Shown here: positions 1 through 7,749 of the stretch, one piece after another | How positions within the stretch are numbered: position 1 is the stretch's first letter | How the letters are laid out: each line of letters opens with the position of its first letter | Assembly: GCF_006345805.1 (NCBI RefSeq) | Contig: NW_021827182.1 | Coordinates: 1-11,001 of the forward strand | Length of the DNA stretch: 11,001 bases | From: Octopus sinensis | Lineage: Eukaryota | Direction: 5' to 3' | Translations under genes and position numbers: made by a program | The notes under the pieces: generated by a model | Seen by the model: the letters and a program-made list of their open reading frames with translations, nothing else | Told to the model about the DNA's origin: nothing | Databases searched by the model: none

Positions 1-342
1 GATAGACCGGTGCTGCGAGCTGTTTAGGTTCATTTACACCATTTGTCTACTGTGATACAAATTTTCTCCATGACAAAACACAGTGAATTGGGCTTGTTTA
101 CGAGTCTGACCTTGCCATTGGCATATTCAAACTGATAATAATATTGCATTTAAAAATTTGAGTTTCACTTTTAATTGAAGTACGTAAAAAATTCTGGATT
201 TTCTGGCCACAAATTAGGTGGGGTGAACTTTTAACTGAGATCGAATATTACTTAGGTATATGACAAGATCACGTGATCGACCAGGTCATATGATGCTGCT
301 ACACACCGTCGTAGCAATCTAAAGATGGAATGGTGATTTTCC

Positions 343-914
343 TTTAATATTGGTTTCAAATTTTGACATAAGGCCAGCATTTTCCGGTGAGTGGGTTAGT
401 CAATTACATCGAGCTTCTAGTACATAAGTGGAGGCGCAATGGCCCAGTGGTTAGGGCAGCGGACTCGCGGTCATAGGAGCGCGGTTTCGATTCCCAGACC
501 GGGCGTTGTGAGTGTTTATTGAGCGAAAACACCTAAAGCTCCACGAGGCTCCGGCAGGGAGTGTGTTGATCCCTGCTGTACTCTTTCACCACAACTTTCT
601 CTCACTCTTATTTCTGTTTCTGTTGTACCTGTAATGTCAAAGGGCCGGCCTTGTCACTCTCTGTGTCACGCTGAATATCCCCGGAGAACTACGTTAAGGG
701 TACACTTCTGTGGAGTGCTCAGCCACTTACACTTAATTCACGAGCAGGCTGTTCCGTTGATTCGGATCACCGGAACCCTCGTCGTCGTAACCGACGGAGT
801 GCTTCCACATAACTGGAACTTATTTATCAACCTCGAAAGAATGAAAGACAAAGTTAACCACGGTAGAATCTGAAATCAGAGAGTGAAGACGGACGAAATA
901 TTGCTACGCATTTT
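343..914 (-). mobile_element. SINE family A (tRNA-derived, 5'-truncated body), copy 1, split by the insertion at 428-806
   Basis: 343-427 and 807-914 join into one ~185-bp unit collinear with 911-1099 (tttaatattggttt..aaggccagca..ttacatcga..ctgg.acttattt..aaaga..gaaag.caaagt..gaagacggacgaaata..gcatttt). Orientation and SINE identity rest on a recalled octopus SINE consensus and a B-box-like GAGTTCAAAT on the minus strand of copy 2. Confidence 0.8.
428..806 (+). mobile_element. tRNA-derived SINE family B, apparently full length
   Basis: Pol III A box TGGCCCAGTGG (440-450) and B-box-like GGTTTCGATTCCC (483-495). Internal hairpin GCAGGGA/TCCCTGC (554-576). 3' stem-loop CTCGTCG..CGACGGAG (778-799). 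Flanked by the direct repeat ACATAA (422-427, 807-812), a putative TSD. Confidence 0.85.
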
Positions 915-1099
915 AATATTGGTTTAAAATATTTGGCACAAGGCCAGCAATTTCGCGTGTGTGGCTAAATCAGTTACATCGACCCCCAGTGCTCAACTGG
1001 TACTTATTTTTTGGACACCGAAAGAACGAAAGGCAAAGTCGATCTCGGCAGAATTTGAACTCAGAACGTAAAGACGGACGAAATACCGTTAAGCATTTT
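911..1099 (-). mobile_element. SINE family A, copy 2 (tandem with copy 1)
   Basis: Uninterrupted 185-bp unit. The minus strand contains TTCTGAGTTCAAATTCTGCC (B-box-like). Bounded by GCATTTTAATATTGGT at 908-923 and 1093-1108. Confidence 0.8.
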
Positions 1100-1150
1100 A
1101 ATATTGGTAAATGTAAGATTAGTCTCGCGTTGAGGAACATTCATTTATTC

Positions 1151-1359
1151 TCTTACACGTTTCAGCCTTTTGATTGCAGCCATGCTGGAGCACTGCCTTA
1201 AAGGATTTTAGTCGAAGATATCGACCCCGGGACTTAATCTTTGTAAGCCTAGTATTTATTATTCTGTCGGTCCTTTTTTCGCCGAATCGCTAAATTACGG
1301 GAACGTAAACACACCATCGCTTGTCAAGTGATGGTGGGAGGCAAACACATACACACACA

Positions 1360-1433
<74 letters not shown>

Positions 1434-1600
1434 TGCGACAGCTTCTTTTAGTTTCCGTCTATCAAATCCACTCACAAGGCTTTGATGATCACAAGACTAT
1501 AGTAGAAGACACTTGCCCAAGGTGCCACGCAGTGGGAGTGAATCCGGAATCATATGGTTGGGAAGCAAGCTTCTTACCACACGGCCACATCTGCGACTAT
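1151..1600 (-). mobile_element. SINE family C (tRNA head + CORE-like segment + internal microsatellite + 3' tail), full length
   Basis: Minus strand: A box TGGCCGTGTGG (1587-1577), degenerate B box GGATTCACTCCC (1545-1534), CORE-like CCTTGGGCAAGTGTC (1522-1508), internal (AT)34, then the tail. 8-bp direct repeat ATTTATTC at 1143-1150 and 1601-1608 (putative TSD). Head and tail halves recur at 2276-2402 and 4836-5075. Confidence 0.85.
1363..1430. repeat. (AT)34 microsatellite inside SINE C
   Basis: Perfect dinucleotide run, read directly. Confidence 0.98.
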
Positions 1601-1789
1601 ATTTATTCAAATTCTATTTATTTTAATCGATGAAACAGTGATAGAAAAATGGTTGATTGGACGACTCTTTAGGGAGGTGTATGAAATATCTCAGTGTATT
1701 AGCGTATATCTCTTTAAATATTAAATTCAAAGCTGTTAATAATTAGTAATTCCTTTTATTTATTTATTTTTGAAGTTCGATAAAATAAA

Positions 1790-2123
1790 GTATATGGGTC
1801 AGTGGTTAGAGCGTCAGGCACACGATCATGGGGTAGTGAGTTTGATTCCCAGACCGGACTGTGTGTTGTGTTCTTGAGCAAGACACTTTATTTCACATTG
1901 CGCCAGTTCACTCAGCTGTAGAAATGAGTTGTGACATCACTGGTACCAAGCTGTATCAGCCTTTGCCTTTCCCTTGGATAGCATCGGTGGTGTGTAGAGG
2001 AGAGGCTGGTATGCATAGGCCACTGTTGGTTTTCCATAAACAACCTTGTCCGGACTTGTGCCTCGGAGGATAATTCTCTAGGTGTAACCCCATGGTCATT
2101 CATGACCGAAGGGAGTCTTTCCC
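1790..2123 (+). mobile_element. tRNA-derived SINE family D with CORE-like segment
   Basis: A-box-like TGGGTCAGTGG (1795-1805). B box with a C>T change, GTTTGATTCCC (1840-1850). Head similar to family B (shared GATTCCCAGACCGG). CORE-like CTTGAGCAAGACACTT (1873-1888). 3' hairpin GGTCA-TTCA-TGACC (2094-2107). Confidence 0.8.
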
Positions 2124-2275
2124 GTTTAAATATAATTTTTATGGATTAATTCGATTAAAAACCCCAGAATTTCACAAAAATGTCTAGCCTTGTACATATG
2201 GTAAAAATCCTTAAATGCAGGAAAAAGGGTAGTACCAAGCATGTATTAACCAGTAGACAATATATGTAAATACAT

Positions 2276-2451
2276 GCTTTTGCTTCCCAACCACATGGTT
2301 ACGGGGCTGAACAATGTAACACCTTGGACCTTCTACTATAGCCACGGGCCAACCAAACCCTTGTGAGTGGATTTAGCAGACAGAAACTGAAAGAAGCTCG
2401 TCTTGTTTACACAGACACAGACACAGACACAGACACACACACACAGACACA

Positions 2452-2500
<49 letters not shown>

Positions 2501-2507
2501 ATATAGA
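2276..2507 (+). mobile_element. SINE family C, partial copy (head/CORE part plus an inverted microsatellite tract)
   Basis: 2276-2402 aligns to the reverse complement of ~1436-1570 (gcttcccaacca.atg, cttctactatag, ttgtgagtggattt, gaaact.aaagaagct). It is followed by (CAGACA)n(CA)n and GTATATA. No clear tail. Confidence 0.75.
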
Positions 2508-2725
2508 TTGGGTAAATGTGTTTGAAAGTTCTGGTTTCTTTGGTTTGTTGTTCCCAAACAACACTTATTTTAGTGTTGTTGACACCGCCAGATTGAATGG
2601 TACCGCCCAAGTGTCGAAACCATAAAGATATCCGTGGGGCAGCTGACGATGGAGGTATGTTGGATTGTTGGTATGGCTGTGGAATAGTATTATAACACAT
2701 CCTTTTGATATTTATACATACACGA

Positions 2726-2728
<3 letters not shown>

Positions 2729-2761
<33 letters not shown>

Positions 2762-2800
2762 CACTCACACACACACACGCTCACACACACACACATATAT
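2729..2800. repeat. (CA)n microsatellite ending in TATAT at the Tc1 insertion site
   Basis: Interrupted CA run, read directly. Confidence 0.95.
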
Positions 2801-2995
2801 AAACTGAACCACAAAAGAAAAGTCGCACACTTACTAAATAAAAACCGGTTTATTAACAGACTACCATAGCATTGATTGAAGGGTGCTAATTAAGAAATCG
2901 TTCTTTCATAATGATAAAACGCCATTTCCTGAAACATGTTGAGCGTCACATGGTGTCACGTGGTTACGGAGTGTCCTGGATCCAAAGCGATGAAC

Positions 2996-4004
2996 TCAAT
3001 ATCTCGTGTGACCACCGCTAGCGTTGATTACTGCCAGGCATCCTCTGTACATTAAATGCACCAAACGATCGATGAAGGCCATGGGGGATAGCAGCCCACA
3101 CTCTGTTAAAACTTGCACCGAGTTGCGCCGCAGTTGTCAGCCTTAGATGGGCGTCATTTAGTCTTCTTTGGATTTCGTCCCACATGTGGTCTATGGGGTT
3201 CAAGTCCGGACTTAGGACAGGCCATGGCAGTGTCTGGATGTTGTGATATTGGAGGAAGTCTGTTGTCAATCTGGCAGTATGGGGACGGATGTTGTTGCAT
3301 GCAACATGTGATTTCGATGACGGACAAAGTTTGACACAACTTGGTCGATGTAAAGAGCAGCGGTTACTCCATTGCCCCGGCCTTGGCCGATGTTTTGGAA
3401 GACCACCGGCCCAAGTTTCTGGTTGAGTGCAATACCACCCCATACCATGATACTCTGTCCTCCCCATAAGTCTCTCTCCTCCACACAGCCATCGGCATTC
3501 AATTCACCCCTTCTACTCCAAACCCTGGCTCTGCTACCTGCCACTGAAATGCAATACCGATTTTTCGTTAGAGAAGACTACAATCCTCCGCTGCTGGTAT
3601 CGCCAGTTCTGACGTTTTTGAGCCTACTGTAGAGGTGCTCGTCGATGAAGATCTGTGACGATGGGGTCCCTAGCTGGATGTCGACAAGACAGGTTGAAAG
3701 ATCTCAGCCGGCGGCGAACTGTCTATGCACAAATGGTGAGTCCCTATGGCCTGCCTAGCTGATTCCTCTGGAATCGGTCCCGCAAGTGATGTCGGTGCAG
3801 GTGGCAATCTAGACGTGCCGTTGTAACCCTCAGTCGGTCACTGCGTAGACGATCATCCCTGCTGTTTGCGGCATTGTATCAGTCTCTCAGCCACTCAATT
3901 GTCCGAATACTGCAATTCAAGTCATAAGCAATTAACCATGGACGTTGACTTGCACGGAGATGTGCGACGGTTTACTCCTTCTGACTTCGTGTCAGTTTTG
4001 GCAT
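2996..4004 (-). pseudogene. Tc1 transposase pseudogene (~336 codons, DD34E-type)
   Basis: From ATG at 4004: MPKLTRSQKE*..LNCSIRTI (paired-like HTH), RVTTARLD..LRDRF, TVRRRLR, VVFSNE, GGQSIMVWGGI, NNIRPHTARLT, WPVLSPDLNPIDHMWDEI and C-terminal AVINASGGHTRY* (stop 2996-2998). In-frame stops at 3972-3974, 3879-3881 and others. Frameshifts near 3561-3565, ~3300 and 3083-3087. Confidence 0.95.
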
Positions 4005-4052
4005 ACTTGCTGCGTTCAGAAAACGAATGACAAGGTGGTAAATTTGGGTGCC

Positions 4053-4059
4053 TTTTATA
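4053..4059 (-). promoter_or_regulatory. TATA-box-like motif upstream of the Tc1 transposase ATG
   Basis: TATAAAA on the minus strand, ~50 nt upstream of the ATG at 4004. Position and motif only. Confidence 0.35.
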
Positions 4060-4835
4060 CCCAGGGAGTCAACGTTTGCACGTGCATCATGCTTTTCATA
4101 AAGATGCCTTCGCGAGCATTACCATGTTCACGAAAAGTGAACGAGTTCGAACCCTACATGCAATCTTTGCGTTTTGAAAAGAGAGTGGTGTTGTAGGTCA
4201 ATGACATCTTCCTGATGTCAAATTACCAAGAAATGTGATAAAATCCATATAACCTCAATATTACCAGTGAAATAAATAATCTTTTACAGTGCGACGTTTC
4301 TTTTGTAGTTCAGTATTTATAAAATATAAATGAGGTACAGGTGTCAATCCATTACGGCCGTTTCTAACGACTCCTTTAACTGATTAATGAAAACATGACA
4401 TCATTGTAAAGAAACCGTTTTTATCAGATGAATTCATGAACTTCAAAATGAATGACATTCAAAATGATTTCACATAATTTAAAATCCACGGAGCAAAAAT
4501 ATTTACAATGATTCTGCTACTATTTCAGTTGACAGAATGGATTATCCAGAATAGCGTATATTTGATCAGGACAGAGAAATTTAGAGGTCAGTAGAGTTTT
4601 TAGGAGGAGGAAAGAATGATTGACTCTAGTGACCCAATTATCCTTACTTCTAACAAGAATGGAGGGCACAGCTACATTAATCTAGATTTATGTATTAAGG
4701 GGTTGTTTAGGGTCTACTGGTCTGTATTAAGAAAAGGATTTGTGGTCAGGTCAACCTACTAAATTATCAAGGTCGTTTGTGATGGAACCAATACACAAGT
4801 TTTATCTCCACAAGTCAACAAAGCAGAGGGCAGTG

Positions 4836-4882
<47 letters not shown>

Positions 4883-5075
4883 CGCGCGCGCGTGTGTGTG
4901 TATGTGTGTGTGTGTGTGTGTGTTTTTTTCTACCATCACACCGCTTGACAACCGGTGTTGGTGTTTTTACGTCCCCGTAACTTAGCGGTGCGGTAAAAGA
5001 GACCGATAAAATAAGAATAAATGAAAAGGTGCTGGGGTCTATTCACTCAACTAAAATATGGCTGCAGTAATGAGA
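4836..5075 (+). mobile_element. SINE family C, 3' half (internal microsatellite + tail), head missing
   Basis: (AT)13(GT)n(GC)n(GT)n followed by cgcttgacaaccggtgttggtgtttttacgtccccgtaacttagcgg..gaccgataaaataag..ggggtc..atggctgcag, collinear with the reverse complement of 1170-1345. Confidence 0.8.
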
Positions 5076-5151
5076 TAAGAAACCAAATATGGCTGCGTAA
5101 TGAGATAAGAAATCAAGGCTGTATAGATATTAGAACATTTATAGATAGAAG

Positions 5152-5208
5152 GTCTTACAGCTGTTTCTAGGATATTTATTAATTATATTATATCCCTTCA
5201 TCGGAGAC
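5152..5208 (-). ncRNA. Type I hammerhead-ribozyme-like motif with palindromic helix III (Penelope-like element/retrozyme type), core variant
   Basis: Minus strand reads GTCT-CCGATGA-A-GGGATAT-(14-nt loop)-ATATCCT-A-GAAAC-AGCT-GTA-AGAC. Helix I is GTCT/AGAC, helix II is 7 bp with one G.U, and GAAAC..GUA encloses the self-complementary ACAGCTGT. Deviations: U4>C and an A.A at the base of helix II. Confidence 0.65.
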
Positions 5209-5302
5209 GGTGTGAGAGGATGGTTAAGTCATAGTTAGTTTAGATGTGATACAAAATAGAGAGTGAGGTGGAGGAAAGAAAATAGATGCGAGATATGTAG
5301 GG

Positions 5303-5307
5303 ATATA

Positions 5308-5348
<41 letters not shown>

Positions 5349-5387
5349 TATATATACATACATATATATATATGCATATATATATAT
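5303..5387. repeat. Interrupted (TA)n microsatellite
   Basis: TA run with TGCA and CATA interruptions, read directly. Confidence 0.95.
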
Positions 5388-5814
5388 GTAGTGTGTGAAC
5401 TAAGGGTTCTATTATTTCTACCAAGTCAAGCGACAAATTTGCGGCATTTTGCTGTCTCGGCCTAACCAAATGTACTATGAGAGAGTGGTATAACTCTCTG
5501 GTTAACGCGGAAGAGACAGCACTGACTGATGTCGGAGATGTTCATGTCGTAAAGGACATTGCTATGGTCTGCAACTGCAGTAGTTAGTGTATATATAAAC
5601 AGTCAAACGTTTGTGTATTTGCTTGTTTGTGCACAGTCTGGATCCAGTCGTGGACAAAACGTGTAATAATAGATTGGCTACTCTCGCGGGGGATGTTATG
5701 TATGTATGTGGAGAAGTGCAGAGGTTATCTGAGGGAAGTTTTAAATAACGTGAATAGCTCCAAACACAACATAACACAATACAGTAACTATACTCTCCTC
5801 AGTAAGCGGTATTG

Positions 5815-6312
5815 AATGAAGTGAAGGTAATTAAATAAGTAGATAAAAACGACAAAAAGAAATAGGCGAACAAGGAAATAATAACACAGCCGGGAAAGAG
5901 AAAAGAAAAGGGGAGAAAAAGAAAAGGAGTAGGAAGAGAAACTGAGAAAGCAAGAAGAAAGGAAATTGTGATGAGAGAATCAATGAATAAAACAAAGAAA
6001 GATTGAATGAAAGATTGATTGAATGAGTAAATGAGCGGAATAAAAATTAATGGATATATGAAAAGAAGGAAAGAACGAACGGATGACTAAATAAATATAA
6101 GAACGAACGAATAAAACAAAGAAGGAAAGAAGGAAATAATGAATGAATGCCAAAAAAGAAAATGAATGAAATGATGAAATTGAGGAAACAGAAAATGAAT
6201 GACTGAATGAATGAACGAAAAACAAAAAAAGGAAATGAATGAATGAATGAGGAGAAAAAATACCTAGAAGAAGTGAACGAATAAACTGATGAAAGAAAAT
6301 ATTTAGAAGGAA
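5815..6312. repeat. Purine-rich low-complexity tract (A/GAA/GAAT-rich)
   Basis: Strong A/G bias with degenerate GAAT and GAAA units. Confidence 0.85.
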
Positions 6313-6384
6313 AAATATGGAATCTTCAGATGTTTCATATACACTTGGTGCTCTGGTATATACTTCTTTATTTTCATTCTACAC

Positions 6385-6573
6385 CAGTGCTCTGCAACCG
6401 GTATGCTGCGGCACACTAGTGTGCCATGCGCAGACGCTAGGTGTGCCGCAGTGTGACCTGAATATAATTTTTTTTCCCCTTGTACTTTTAGTTATGCTTT
6501 AAGTTCAGGTGTTCCGCCGAATTTTGAAAAGATAATAAGTGTGCCGCAGGTGAAAACAGGTTGCAGAGCAGTA
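6385..6573. mobile_element. Non-autonomous hAT (Charlie-like) MITE, 189 bp
   Basis: TIR CAGTGCTCTGCAACC (6385-6399) versus GGTTGCAGAGCAGTA (6559-6573): 13/15, inner 12 perfect. Repeated subterminal GTGTGCCGC-like motif (inverted ~6405-6416; direct ~6419, ~6441, ~6508, ~6539). No matching 8-bp TSD is visible. Confidence 0.7.
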
Positions 6574-6624
6574 AATATGTACGCGCCCATCTTTCATTCA
6601 TTATATTTTTCGTTTCTCTCCAAT

Positions 6625-6905
6625 TATGTATGTATGTATGTATGTATGTATGTATGTATGTATGTATGTATGTATGTATGTATGTATATGTGTGTATGTA
6701 TGAATGTATGTATGTATGCATGCATGCATGCATGCATGCATGCATGTATGTATGTATGTATGTATGTATGTATTTATGTATGTATACATGTATGTATGTA
6801 TGTATGTATGTATGTATGCATGCATGTATATATGTATGTATGCATGCATGCTTGTATGTATGTAAGTATGTATGTATGGATGTATGTATGTATGGATGGA
6901 TGTAT
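6625..6905. repeat. (TATG)n tetranucleotide array with (TGCA)n and TGGA variants
   Basis: Read directly; includes (TGCA)7 at 6717-6744. Confidence 0.97.
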
Positions 6906-6933
6906 ACGTTGCACGTTATACTACTCACCTCAC

Positions 6934-7052
<119 letters not shown>

Positions 7053-7310
7053 TTTGTTCTAGTTACATATTTCCTTATTCTTCTCATTCAATCATACATT
7101 CATTCACTGATTCATTCATTAGTCCATGGTCATTATTTTATTTAATTTACTCATCTATTTTATTTATATTAATAATCACTTGTTTCATTCTCATTATGCC
7201 TTTCTTCTTTTATATCTCTATTTCGTTTCTTTCTCTTTCTATCTTCTTTGTTTACAGCTTGTTGTGTTTTGCTATTTTTCTTCGAATTATTTTTCGATTG
7301 TTACTCAATA
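7053..7310. repeat. Pyrimidine-rich low-complexity tract (TTCA/TTTC-rich)
   Basis: Strong T/C bias with degenerate ATTC units. Confidence 0.7.
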
Positions 7311-7420
7311 CATACCATGAGAGCAAAAATAAAAAGCGCATGCACAAATATCCTTATACAGAACACCCAGCCAACACAAACGTCATCCCATCTCATCCCA
7401 TCAACGATATTTTCTCTCTA

Positions 7421-7545
7421 ACATACATACATACATACACACATACATAAACACGCGTGTACACATACACATACACACACACAAAAGCACACACATATAT
7501 ACACAAATATACATACATACATACATATATACACACATTCGTACA
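7421..7545. repeat. Mixed (CATA)n/(CA)n/(TA)n microsatellite
   Basis: Read directly. Confidence 0.9.
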
Positions 7546-7749
7546 CACGGACTCAGAGATAAATAATGATTATAAATGTTGCAAGCATCATTAAAGTTCT
7601 CCCCGAGCTTACTACTAGTGTCGAATGAGCGGCTGCGACCCGGTTTCAAGTTCCGGTTGCAGCCATTTTCTCTTGCATTACGTCACTAATTAGCCCCACC
7701 CCCCTCCACCTCTTCCACCTCCACCTTCCTCATTCTTCGATCCAACGAC

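Larger units (their letters stand above)
2802..4315 (-). mobile_element. Tc1-family (IS630/Tc1/mariner) DNA transposon, full length (~1.5 kb), decayed
   Basis: 27-bp TIRs: AACTGAACCACAAAAGAAAAGTCGCAC (2802-2828) versus the reverse complement of 4289-4315, TACTGAACTACAAAAGAAACGTCGCAC (24/27 identical). TA on the left (2800-2801), TT on the right (4316-4317). Encloses a transposase pseudogene. Confidence 0.93.

Noticed and set aside
97-145. Possible minus-strand acceptor TTATCAG (ending at 132) with a short open frame FEYANGK
   Set aside because: Weak pyrimidine tract, only weak donors downstream, and no recognisable protein similarity.
258-291. Palindrome GATCACGTGATC (E-box) nested in ATATGAC/GTCATAT
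   Set aside because: A real palindrome, but it resembles a repeat-family tail as I recall it; a lone E-box is not evidence of regulation.
634-1201. 79-aa and 80-aa plus-strand ORFs
   Set aside because: They lie within SINE sequence and cross element boundaries; no recognisable protein motif.
1290-1633. ORFs with YI/IY repeats
   Set aside because: They are translations of (AT)34 inside a SINE; the repeat simply lacks stop codons in these frames.
2557-2580. 9-bp hairpin AACAACACT/AGTGTTGTT
   Set aside because: Short, AT-rich and low in complexity; expected by chance in this context.
2616-2649. GAAAC (2616) and CTGACGA (2643) as a permuted hammerhead; also CTGATGA at 6286
   Set aside because: No helix III with a UH triplet and no closing helices can be formed.
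3018-3544. ORFs 3018-3467 and 3266-3544 as separate genes
   Set aside because: They are frameshifted fragments of the single Tc1 transposase pseudogene.
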